Shown in pieces: positions 1 through 12,323 of a stretch of 64,000 bases of DNA. The notes under the pieces were generated by a model. It saw only the letters and a list, made by a program, of their open reading frames with translations. It made no database searches and was not told the origin of the DNA. The position numbers and the translations under genes were made by a program. Within the stretch, counting starts at the first letter, position 1. Each line of letters opens with the position of its first letter. The DNA comes from Harriotta raleighana (taxonomy: Eukaryota). The stretch is from positions 22,137,235 to 22,201,234 of the forward strand of contig JBNZDD010013732.1 in NCBI GenBank assembly GCA_050575255.1. The letters run 5' to 3'.

Positions 1-185
1 CACAGATTCGCCCACGAGTGGAAATAGTTTTTCTCTATTTGCCCTGTCGAAACCCCTCATGATCTTATAAACCTCTATTAGGTCTCCCCTCAATCTTCTC
101 TGTTCTAGAGAGAATAACCCTAGCCTATCTAGCCTTTCCTCATAGGTGAAGTCCCTCAATCCTGGCACCATCCTAGTAAATCTAA
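1..185 (-). mobile_element. CR1-type LINE fragment (C-terminal ORF2 region)
   Basis: Closely similar to 38410-38575 (cccctcatga...aaacctctattag...atcctggcaccatcctagtaaatct), which encodes CR1 ORF2 residues. Confidence 0.8.
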
Positions 186-358
186 TGTAGGATTATGCTA
201 ATCACTATGCCCTTATATGTAGATGTATCGGTTATAGCACCTCTCGTGATCACTGTGGTAGCACATGGAATTGCATGGATTGGTGTTCAGTTTTAATAAA
301 AGCCGTCTTACACGAAAGTCGAGCTCTCCACGTTCTCTCTTATATCTCGAATATAACA
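186..358 (+). mobile_element. Possible short solo LTR
   Basis: Begins TGT, ends ACA, internal AATAAA (295-300), CpG-containing, starts where the CR1 fragment stops; no clean TSD seen. Confidence 0.3.
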
Positions 359-3300
359 CTGTCCATTATGTGTGTGTGTGTTTTTTATTTTCATTTGGAT
401 CAGTGAAAAAGCCACGGGTATTGTTAATGCAGTTCAAATGCTCCCTTACGTGTGAAATTTCGCTACACAGACTTTTTTTTGTTTGCTGTGATCTGGTTTA
501 TCATCCTGTGTGCCAAATTAGGAAAATGTGGCCTTTTAAACCACAGGGAAATTCACCTAATCTAACGCTTCACAAGTGTTGATTAGACTATAGTTGAATA
601 ATGACTCCTTATACGACTTCAGTGTCAAATGGTGTTTCTCTATTTTTGCATTGCAGTACAGTAGTTACAAACATGAATTATCTACATAAACCTGAACAAT
701 GCACGTACTATTGAAGATTGATTTAACTGCGGCTGAATACTACTCTTATTATGTAAAGTGTCAAGTCACACTCTTTTTAGTCAATGGAGTCCACTATGTA
801 CTATGTATGTCGAAACCATGAGACAGTGCAGATGAATTACAAGTGTTCTTAATTTTTTTTAATCAACAACAATTAGAGAGGTTTATTTAAATTTTATCAC
901 TGATGTTCATTGGTCCTTAATTACATAATTAGTACATCTGCAATTGCTCTTAAGTTTACACTTACACAAAAATTCTCTATAATATACACACATACACATA
1001 TACTGCATCATAACCCCATGTCATTTATTCCTTTATATCTGAAGTTAACTGTCCTTTTAAATTCTATATCACCATCTCTTACATTTCTGTTTTTCTGTCA
1101 GCTCACAAGCTTAATATGCACCACTTTCTTTTGTTCATTGAAGTTGTGATTTTTCTGAACTCCGTATTCTGTATAAATCATTCATTTTGAATCTGTTGCA
1201 ATTGAGATAAAGTATAAAGTACTCAGTTGAAAATGCATCACCTTTTAGACATTGCTGCACTTTTTTCAGGAGTGTTTTTCAACATTGTTTTACTGATCTA
1301 TTTCTGCACCCATATAAGCCAAATACTTCACAGGTAACCATGGTTCCAAAAGGGCATTGCACCAATGTACTTCTAGGTCTTTATCTGTACAAGCCTTTTG
1401 ACAAGCACAACAAGAAAATTGGCTCCTTTGATTTATCACACTACCTTACTTTTGTGTATTTTATCTGTCACTGACCTGCTTGAATACATAAATGGCTTGA
1501 CTATTGTGTGCTTTTTGTTCATGAATCAACCAGATAACAGCATTTTAGAACACTTCCACTCCTACCTTATAAAGTTGGGCTTTCTACCATTTAGTGTAAA
1601 CTGGCACAATCCATAAAGGTACGCTGCATTCCAGTTGATAAGAATGAGACAGTGAGACAATTGGGGGTGAAAGGAATTGCACAAAAGAGCTTGTTTGTTT
1701 GTGTATGCACAGGTCTAATTTGAGCCTGTCTATTCATTTCACCTTATGTTTGTAGACACTCAAGCATTGCAAAAGATCCAATTGATTAAATTAATTATTA
1801 GATATCCACCTCTGAAATTAGGAATGGAATGCAGTGTCCAAGTGTGCATCTAATAGCCTTTAACCTATCTTGCAGATTTACAAATGTTTCAATAAAGGTA
1901 TTTCCCTCCTATCCAAGAAAATGCTTTAGAAAATAGGTTAAAAAAAAGTTCAATCCATTTGTAAATTATAAACTTATCATCTTTGAAAATAAAAATGTAT
2001 TTTTCTGTCCAAGTCACCACATAAACTTTTACCCTACTCCTGAGATTTAAAAAAATGCTTTCTTGTTCTTCACAAGAGTGCCTATAAGTACTACAATTAC
2101 AGGAATGGTTGTCGTTTGTTTTGTAAGTGCCCTATCACGTGTCTTTTAGTTGGGTTCAAGCATTATTGTTAAAAGATTTCTATATTTTCAGTGCTGTACA
2201 GTTTATATAATGCATTTTTGAAACCAACCTTGCAATTTTTGTTTCAATCAATATTTTGTAAATTACTGAGCCACTGAAAAAAAGTAATAGTTTTGATGAT
2301 AGTGATACACAAAATGCTGTTATTCCACTTTCCAGATCAATTGTAGTCCTTGCTAAATAGTAAGTCATTGAATATGTATTTGCAATAGGGGTAGAAATGA
2401 TTTTATAGCCTGTGTTGAAATGTTGTACTTCAATGCAATGCACAGTTTGTTTCCTCAGTTGGCTTCTAGTATAGACTTTGGGTTTCTTGCCCTTGTCGAG
2501 GACCATCAATCTCACTGTGTTGACCCATAATATTCTGAATATTGCTTTCTTTATGGATCACTTGTGCTGTGGCAGTCTTGCTTAAGTGTTTAAAAAAAGC
2601 CACACTTAGGATCTCACAGCTTGTGAGCAAATTATGTATAGAATTTAAAAAGGATTGCGATTAGTTACATGAAGGGCTCAACATTCTATTTTTTAAGAAA
2701 TAAAATGTTTGCCACAAGGCATTTGCAAACAGTCTTGTGATTTTACTTTCCTGGATTTTACAGAAGGCAGAAGTGAGGCAATGATTATTAATGTCACCAT
2801 AACAGCTTCTGACAGGTTCTGAATTTACTGTTTGAAATGTAAATCACAAGTTGGTGAGATGACAGCATAATAGCTTCTTTGAAATATTTTTTAAATTACT
2901 TAGTTTTTTCATATAAAATAACTAGCAATCTATTTCTAAAGCTTGCACTGTTTTAATGAAAAATGTACAGTATTAAAAAAGGCAGACATTTCAGTCATTT
3001 AGTTAATTGATTCAATTGACATTTTAGGTATTTCTGTCAGTATTTGTCAAATTGTTTCTGGCCCTTCTTCATGTGTGTACACATCATTCTATCTGCCACT
3101 ATTGTATCAAGTCTTAGGTAACCATCAATAAAAGAAACCTGCTCTGCATCCTTAGCTACTCCTGAACAACATGTTCAAGACAATAAAAACAATGTCATGA
3201 AAGGCAACAGATTATCTCTGTAATGTAATTATCACCATATGCTTTGCTTTTCCTCTCTTTAATCATACCTATTGGAGCGTGTAGTAGGTTATGGGAAATC

Positions 3301-3612
3301 TCTGGTTTGCCTGTTGCCACCACACTTTAATTCCTTTAGTATTTCTTTGCTCCAAGCAACAAACAGAATAAATTTCAAGAGACATCTGTCTTTGTTGTTA
3401 TTACACTGGAAGCACCATCTTATGCCTGATAGAATGTATTTAAACTGCACACCTGTATTCCCTTAATGCTTGAGTTGCCTTTTTATTCATTATTTTAAAA
3501 AATTGCAGCTATTTGAAATTACAAGGTCTATTTTAGTTTTTTCTAAAAACTCAGATAAATTGTGAAGTAAAATCTGTTTTCAAATATATACACACTGTTA
3601 ACACGACGTATT

Positions 3613-3930
3613 AATAATAATCCTTGCATTTGATAGAGGCTTTTCACGTCTTATAGACGCATCAAAGTGCTTCCCATGTGTACTGTAAATTGAATTGACT
3701 ATCTATATGGGTGAAGTGTGGCAGCCAATTGTGCACAGCAGTGTCCACAAACAGTCATGGATTGAAATGACCAATTTATTATTGTTTTCTTCGAGAGATT
3801 ATTATCAGGCATATGAAGTAAGGAAACTTGCCCATGGTTTCACCCAGTCTGGAATCAAACCCAGAATGGAATTGAATCCAGGTCTCTAGCTTATAGGGCG
3901 AGTGCTCTAACCATTGAGCTACAGTACTCC
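3613..3930 (-). mobile_element. tRNA-derived SINE (DeuSINE/SacSINE1-like)
   Basis: Tail aataataatccttgcatttgata... recurs across the window; A/B-box-like head (TAGCTCAATGG / GGATTCAATTCC on - strand) at about 3870-3922. Confidence 0.7.
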
Positions 3931-4594
3931 ACTATGTCAGCAGAAGCTCAGGACAGCTATCAGTATTAGGAACCTTGGCTCAATTTGTTCCTCATTAGAC
4001 CAGAGACATTGTGTTGATTGAGATCTGATAGCTTATCTTAGACCACAGATCAAATATGGGAAATTACTGATCTCAATGTTTTAGCACCATTCCTTCACAT
4101 TTACCTACTAGGTTAGAGAAGCATTTCTGCTAATATTTATACTTAATTGTATGTGTATATTCATCATTTCTCCTTTTTGGATAATACATAGACTGCAACA
4201 GCAGAGCAGTCTGAGAACTTGACTCAATATTACAATGTAACTAGTATTAAGTTGTACGCAACAGTGTCCAGATAAGCAGCTCTGTGATGAGGAAGCACCT
4301 GGTCCCTGCTTGTTGCTTCCTCTGATGGTTTACTGGTGTGAGGAATTAAAGGTTTTCTTACAAACAATTTGAGTGCACCTGTAATATTCAGGTTAGGTTG
4401 CAGAATGCTAGTGAATAGAATATCTTATCTTTATTTCAGGGAACTCCTCCCATATTTATTCTGTCAAGTTAAACATCTAGTTGATTTTTTAATTTAAAAA
4501 AAACTGGTAAATCAAATGTGTTTATGTTATTTGTGAAAAAAAAATCAAAATGACCAGAAAAAACCTTCAACATCAACTATTCTTCTTTTTGAAG

Positions 4595-4710
4595 GGCACC
4601 CATCATGTTTAAAATTCTCTCCAGAATTAACGGCCCATGTGAAGACATTAAGATGGCAATGTATTGAGTGCAAGACTTGCAGTGCCTGTCGAGATCAAGG
4701 GAAAAACGCT
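4595..4710 (+). CDS. KAT6B: KAT6B coding exon (human exon 5 equivalent), PHD1 end / PHD2 start
   Basis: tttgaag|GG CAC CCA...AAC GCT|gtgagt; encodes (G)[38 protein letters not shown], the MOZ/MORF double PHD finger; 116 nt. Upstream exons are outside the window. Confidence 0.96.
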
Positions 4711-5376
4711 GTGAGTATTTAAGCTCTCTGGGACGCTAACCCCACATGTAGGGCGTGACACGAATGCAACTTGTTTATGGTTAATCTTTCCTTCCCAACA
4801 TGGTTATAATTTTCTAAGTAAATTTTCTTGATGATGATCATAAACAATTCTGAAACACAGATTTTCTTTATATTAAATCTAGAGGTTTCAGGGAAAATTC
4901 TTCCCTTTTTCCACACCTATAAAGAACTATGTCCCTAAGTCTGACACCATTTTCAAATAATTATCGCTCTTGGTCCAGAGAACAATCTATCAATGCATAT
5001 TTAATAGGTACACTATATTTTTCAGATTTTTTAAAATCCCATCCATTTTAGTTCTTAATACATAATTAGATTTCTAGTAGGTGAAGGAGTTCACAAAATT
5101 GCAGAGAAAATATTGTAATTTCCCTTCCTTTGAATATTTAACCAGCAAGTGGTGCCAGAAGGATTGTGCTCCAGGTAGAAAACTGCTCAGATTTAAATAT
5201 TCCTTTATAAATTCAAATTCACATTTCACTGGTCAATTTTTTTTGTCAATCACATGAGATAGGATAGTATTTATTGCTCTTGTCATTTTAAACCTCACAG
5301 GCATTGAGTGTAAGTAATAATTTGGAAATTTGAGTGAATTCATGTGATTTTGAAAAACAATCTCTTTCCTCTCTAG

Positions 5377-5472
<96 letters not shown>

Positions 5473-5887
5473 TGAATGGCTTGATGATTTTAATAGTTAT
5501 TCTTTTAGAAATATAGTTGACTATTTGATAAATAGCCCTTATTTAATGGATCCGTTGAAAAATCAAAACTGATTTGAATTGGGCTGTTTGGGATTTATTT
5601 GTTTCAGACCATTACATACCCTTTTATTAAAATGGCACTTTGCATAAGGTGACTGAAGGAAGAGAGTGCATTCAAGTCTTTGGCAGTCAAATGGAAATTC
5701 TTCCAAATTTGTCCATGCATTGTCAAATTTGATTTCAGTATTTGGAGAATTCGACCTTTACGCTATCCAAGACTGTTTAATTTGTAGATCAGTGCCTTTA
5801 ATGTAAATATTAAATAAAATACATGTTGCTGAGAAATGAGCAATGTTACTTCCATGAGCAAACTAATGTCTGTGTTCTTTATGACAG

Positions 5888-6020
5888 GAATGTGGATCTG
5901 TCAAATTTGCAGACCAAAGAAAAGGGGAAGGAAGCTATTACACGAAAAAGCTGCACAGATCAAACGCCGTTATGCAAAACCAATAGGACGCCCCCAAAAC
6001 AGACTAAAGCAAAGGACTGT
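5888..6020 (+). CDS. KAT6B: KAT6B coding exon (exon 7 eq.), end of PHD2 and basic segment
   Basis: gacag|GA ATG TGG...ACT GT|gtatgt; (G)[43 protein letters not shown]; 133 nt. Confidence 0.97.
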
Positions 6021-9000
6021 GTATGTTCATCATTTTCTTTTATACATGGAACACAGATGAAGTAAACTTGCACTACAATATTTAAAGATGTTGATACTGT
6101 GCTTTGTTTTGTGCTTTTAAATGTTTCTGTATACTTGTATCTTTTAGATAGATTTCCAGGGAGATTAGACATAGTTTCAAGAAAAAAACAGATTGAAGAT
6201 GAAATTGAAAAATTAAACTGTCCAATTCATCATTGCGAGCCTCTCATTTTAATGGTATTTCTCCTGGGTCTAATGGAAACATTGTTACTGTAGTTTGTTG
6301 GTCCCCATAGTTTTGACATAATTAGGTTGTGTATTATAATTGAAAATTATTCAAATTTGTCTTTTTTAAGAAGTCTTTAAAGGCAAATGTCAAATGTGAT
6401 GTTTATATAGAAGTATTATTTGATGCCTCAAGTAGAAAAGAACCTTTATGGACATTCTGTTTCGTTGTACAATTCTGACATATTTCACCTATTTTCTCTA
6501 GAATATTTCTCAAAGCACTCTTTTGTCCAGAGATCAGTGTCCACTGTTTCCTTGAATCAGTATGATTTGTTACCTCTGTAAACCAATAGTGCTTTAGCTG
6601 GACAAAGTGATCATTTGGTCTTAAAACAGATTGTACAGTTGGTTGTTATTTACCTGGTAATGATCACAATTTAGAAATTGCCCTTTTCACTCTTCTATTT
6701 AACCTAAAGCTCTTAAAATATTAATGAAATTTTTTAATGAGTTTCTTAATATTGCAGACATCGAACAATCAACAAGAATAATTTCCACTTCTGAACTCCC
6801 TCAGCTCCCAACCTCAGCCCTGGTACCCAATCAGAATTGTCCAACGCTTTAGGACATTCTTTTTATATGAAAGATGTTACATAAGTTACATATAAATTAT
6901 TTCATATTATACATAAATTATATTGGATTATGTAGCACCTTTCAGACAGGGAGAAAGTCTCAAAGTACTTTACAAAGACAGTGGGAATTTGATCTGAGAG
7001 GCAGGAGGGGAGTGCTTGAAGGTGCAAAGAAATGTTTTTTTAGATGAGATTTGAAAACAGAAAGAGAGTAAGGGGGAGGTGGAGGAAAAATCAATTCTGG
7101 AGGTGACACGGCATGCATAAGGATTTCAACATGGGGGTGGTAAAGTACTGAAAAGAGGTGGATAATGTTGTTGAGAGGAAAATGAACTTGATCAGAACCT
7201 TGAACTATTGAGAGTCAGACAAAATGCCAGTATTTTTCACAGGCTCTGGGAGTTGGAATGCGCAACCGGGAAGATCGGTACAGTCAGTACCTGACTGTCA
7301 TTAAACGTGAGATCTAATCTTAAAGCCAAATCAATGTTAACTTCTTTCCAACAATACCTTTGCCTTCAGTTTTATCTGTGCATTCCCATTATTCCCCTAA
7401 AGACAAGCTCACAGATCAGACAGAGTAAAGCAGAAGTACACCTTTCTTACTGTTACCTTATTTTTCAGCACATCTTCATGGCTTCTTTGATCGTAATAAC
7501 AGTTATTCAGTTCAGACACCATTTCCCTTCTAGTTCAAAATCAAATTCCTAAAGACATACTGCATTGATTAGTTCTGCTGAAGGTTAACTATACAAGCGA
7601 CTGAAATAAATTGAATACATAAAGAAGCTTTTGCAAATCTGCTGAATCCTGAAGATCCCTCCTGCCCTCTCTGTTGGACTCTGAAGTTACTACAGAATAT
7701 TTTTCAGAAAATATTACAGCAAATAGTTGGTATTTGGTTGTACAAAGTAGTGCAAGAATACTGTTATGTGTGTGATAATATTTGCGATATGATACTGGTA
7801 TTTTTACTTCATTTTGATGGAGAATAAGATAAAACTTTCCCCTGCACAGCTGCACAGCTACACAGCTGCACAAAAAAAACTACACTTGCCATTGCTTGGA
7901 TGCCTTTCACACAAAATTTGTGAAATTCACCCACAATTTCTGCTTTGATTTTGATTTATTCTGAGATTTTGTTGGCATTCTCAGCTTTCTTCAATGCTTA
8001 ATTTCTCCTAGTGTATACAAAAACATGTTCTGTACAGTTTGTGTGTTTTTTTTCTCTTTTAGTTATGTCCTCTACTCTTTATATTGTTCAACTGAGAGTA
8101 AGGCTACCTGATTTATATGATTATTTAGTCTCCTACAAAAATGCTTCATGACAGTTGACTAAATCAGCTTTTCCTGAATGCTTTGATCTATTCATGTCAA
8201 ACTCTGACCTCATGAATATGGAGGTTATATATTATATTCATATCTTGAACTCCCTCATGCCCCCACCACCAAAAATGTTATTTGATTAAAAAAAATCCAA
8301 GAAAGCAAAACTTTAGATTATTAAACTGTTGGTACCTAGCGAAACCACCTAAAACAATGCCAGCTTCATTCACTCTTGTGGGTATCATTACTCATAAGCA
8401 TTAATTCCACCCTTGCGCTTATACCACACATTTGTCAAAGAAACAAAATGTTCAGACTATCAAGTATTCAGCTGCATTTAGGACCAGGACAAGATTCACA
8501 CACAGAACTAGATTCTTTACACTGGTGTCATTTAGATCAGACAACTCAGTCTTATTCCAAATGTGATACAGATTATAGATTTATAATTTGATGGATTGAA
8601 GTCCAAGTGCTTTCCAGGAGTTACAAAAACAGTTTTTTGAAATTTGCGAAAACACAGCCACATGTCTGGTTTGTTCGAGGGACAACATACTGGCGTTTTG
8701 TCTGATTCTCAGCAGTTCCTGGTTCTGATCAAGCCCATTTTCCGCTAAACAACAATTTTGAAGCTTCAGACACAGTCCTGAGACTTCAAAATTCTTTGGC
8801 AGCACACCTTATTCTTTAGAACTATGTGTCAGATCTTGAGTAACTGGGTCATTCACATTTTGTCACTAAGACCTTATACGTAATTGACAAAGATTGCAGT
8901 GTGCATCTATTCAGACGAGTTCCCAACCACATCAACAACTTGCCAAATCTTACAAATCCCTTGAAGGTTACATCCTCTTTCATTTTTCTATTGTCGCCCT

Positions 9001-10537
9001 TTCCCTTTTCTTCCTCTTCTCTCTCAATTCAGTCAATCATGTCTGTAAATGCTATCTAGAAAGCTGAACAAATTATGTCTGAATTGTATTCCCTCCCATC
9101 AGTTAAGAAAGTTTCTGTATGAGACAGTCATTTCACTGGGAATATTGCAATGGTGTGTGAATTATCACATAATACGAGGAGAGGGGAACATCAGATTAAA
9201 TTCATTTAAGTTATTTATTATGCGGAAAACACTTCTTATTGAACCTTGAGGCGATGATGTCCAAATGAATAACAAGATGACCTGGATACAAGCAGAGAGG
9301 AATAATCTTGACCCTATTCAGACTTGGAATACAGATTCTTCATAGCTTCTTCCAAAAAAAACACAATTTATAACTATTATTTGGCAGGTAAGGACAGTGT
9401 CTCAGCAGATGTTCTCCCCAAATAGGAGGTCAATAAGAAAACGTATTGTTATACGTTTGAGGTGTATTGCACATAATGTATTGCACATTTATGTGATCTC
9501 CCATATTGTTTTTTGCTGTTTGCATGTACAAGAGTGGCTGAGAGAAGCTTAAAACTAACCAACTTTTTTGGGGTGAAGGGTCATACCCAGAACATTAAGC
9601 TTTCTTTCTCTTTCAGAATTTGATCGTTCTTTTATGGATTTCCAGCATTTTCTCTTTTTTATGTCAAATTTATAGCATTCCTACTTTTTGTTCTTAAATA
9701 GAAAAAAAAATAACTGTGTAGAAATTGTAATCTAAGAAAATCACTTCTATAATATTATTCGTAATTATATTTTTACGATTGATTTGTATCAGAATACCTC
9801 CCAGTGCTTTAAACATATTGCAGTGCACTGTTTAAATTGTAAAAATGGACATGTCAATTATTTTGCTAATACTTTGTTTCCAGAAAAATAGCACTTGAAT
9901 AATGAATGTATTGTAAAATTTCTAATGTGGTTAATTGAGAATATGTTGATTTATTGCATTAAAATTGAATGAAGTGTGTCACAGTGATACAGAATATTGG
10001 AGTAAATACACAAATACACTGCCACAAAATTGTTGGATGCTGAATTTATACTTGTGAGGTGTCCATATGGGGAATGCCAGATTGTGAGCCACATCTTTTG
10101 GAGGAGGTTCAAAAGAGGAGAGGAACTTCCCTTGAGGGAGGAAATGTTGGAGGGTGAGTCCATCTGTACTACTCACATACCTCTAATTTGCAATACTTAA
10201 GGTGCCATTGAAAGCAGATCTATTGCCCCACTCCTTCCAGCAGAGGAAGGCATGCTATACAGGAGAAGCCTAAAAGACTGAGGAGAAATAGGTCCAAAAA
10301 AAGAAAGGAAGAAAAACAAACCGATAAATATGTATGAAAATGTACCAAAGGCAGCACTAATATCAAATAGAGAGACCTATAATGGAAATCAGAACTACAT
10401 TTTGTATTTGTATACCAAATGTAATTGAATAATCGAGTTTTTTCTTTCTCCCATAAAGTACTCATTTTGAAAATCTTCCAAGGAGCATTATGGGCACCTT
10501 TATAATTAGTAATGTTTTTCTTTGTATTTTTTCACAG

Positions 10538-11439
10538 ATCTGCAGCCAGTGATGAAGGATCCATGACAGTGGACACAGGAAGGGGGTCACCTGGTAGGGG
10601 TCAAAAGTCTAAAGTCTGTACCACACCTTCATCTGGTCACGCTGTGTCTTTGAAGGACTTGAGCAGCAGATTGACTGATACAGACCCAACTCTGGCTAGT
10701 GCCACCACTTCCACCTCCATATTCAAAGTTAACAAGAAAACTAAGGGTCTCATTGATGGCCTAACTAAATTTTTTACACCCTCGCCCAATGGCCGAAAGC
10801 CAAGAGGTGAAATAGTAGACATTTCAAAACACTATTGGCAAAAGAAAAAGAGCCCTCTTAAACAATCTGGCACTATTAAATCTAGCACATGGTCAACAGG
10901 TAGCACTCAAAAATTAATCCCACTCTATCAATCTTCGCCCACATTCGCTAGTCAGAGCCCCACTTCACACAAATCCAGCACTTCTACCTCTGCTAACTCC
11001 CCCCAAAGTTCTTCTAGCCAGTCAAGTATACCCTCTCTTAGCAGCCTTCCCAATAGCAGCCAGCTAAAGGGACTCTTTGATGGACTTTCTCACATTTATA
11101 CAACTCAGGGAAAGCCTCGCAAAAAGGGACTTCCCAATTATGCACCACCTAAGCGTAAGCAACATAGGCCTGAGTTGTCTCCTAGAACAAAAGCCTGCCC
11201 CCGTTTCCGAGAGAAGCAAGGTGATAGAGGTAGTAGCTTTTTGTCCCCAGCCTTTTCCCGTGGCTGGAGGGCTTCCAGGAGGCACCCTTTTAAATCGGTT
11301 GCTTATTTCAGACGGACTTTCCTTGTAAAGCACAAAATATTAGGCAGATTAAAATATAGAGTGACCCCTCAAATGGGGACCCCCTCACCAGGGAAGGGGA
11401 GCTTGGCACACGGAAGGATTAAACGTGATCAGGACGATG
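10538..11439 (+). CDS. KAT6B: KAT6B large alternatively spliced exon (exon 8 eq.), Ser-rich/basic region
   Basis: ttcacag|A TCT GCA...GAC GAT G|gtaagc; inside ORF 10512-11486; KAT6B-diagnostic motifs [49 protein letters not shown]; 902 nt. Confidence 0.95.
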
Positions 11440-12201
11440 GTAAGCAAAGGTCAATGCTCCAACCCAACCTTCGTCCCGTCCAATAAAATTTTACTCTATT
11501 TTGTCACATAGGTCTTAGCTTTTCTTTTGTTCCTTCTTCACTTTTGTAGGAAAGCAAACAATAAAAACATCTTGTCCCTTTTTCTCATGCTAACTAAATA
11601 TCTAACATTGTTTTTTCAATAAACTCGTATCACAAATCAAGTGTCTTGTTTTTAATTTGCATCTGTAGTAGCACTAGGAAACCAAATGCCTGCATAACCC
11701 CACTTACAGCTTTGTAGAACCGCATGGCCAAGCAACTTCCCATGTTTTTCCTTCACTCTCTATTCCTGTCCTTTCCCAAACATTAGTTCAGCAAGTGTGA
11801 TTTGTGATTTTCAGCATCCAGCTTTGGTAACAAGAAACGGCAGATATTGACAGCTGTGCTAACTTGTAGGTTTTCCTATTCTGCACTTTACTCATTTTTT
11901 TTGCTACATTCCTATCTTTAAAGTGCTTTAAGCCTTGCTGGATTTCCAACATCCAAAATGTCGGTTAAAGCTGTTTAATTGCTCCTGCTTTCACTGCATG
12001 TCTTGTTTATTTCTTATGTGATTATTAGCAGTAAGAACTGTTAGATGTAGAATGCTAATTTACCAGACCTTAACAATAAAGCATCAATGGAAGTTATATA
12101 CTTTATTTAGAACTGTTAGTAGAGCATGTAATTAAATGCATGTGCTGTTGGTTTCCTCATGTACTTGAACATTTATCCTGTGCTGCTTTGGTGAACAGTA
12201 G

Positions 12202-12323
12202 GCAACGAAGAAATTAAAAACATCAAAAAGGAAAGCATAGAGGAACTTGCAGCTAGCCACACAGACAATGTGACAGATGAGGACTTGGAGATGTTCAAGC
12301 AAGCACGGGACCTATCACTGAAG
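12202..12323 (+). CDS. KAT6B: KAT6B coding exon (exon 9 eq.)
   Basis: cagtag|GC AAC GAA...CTG AAG|gtgagg; (G)NEEIKNIKKESIEELAASHTDNVTDEDLEMFKQARDLSLK resembles KAT6B VTEEDLDVFKQAQELS; 122 nt; alternative in-frame acceptor would start at 12199. Confidence 0.9.

Noticed and set aside
265-4590. Short ORFs upstream of the first exon, and most other 60-140 aa intronic/intergenic ORFs in the track
   Set aside because: No recognisable domains or consistent splice frames, many start at non-ATG codons; expected by chance.
9568-9690. Resemblance to the Penelope-associated hammerhead ribozyme repeat of sharks (tgaagggtcatacccagaacattaa...tttccagcattttc)
   Set aside because: The catalytic CUGANGA and GAAA boxes are mutated; at most a dead repeat remnant.
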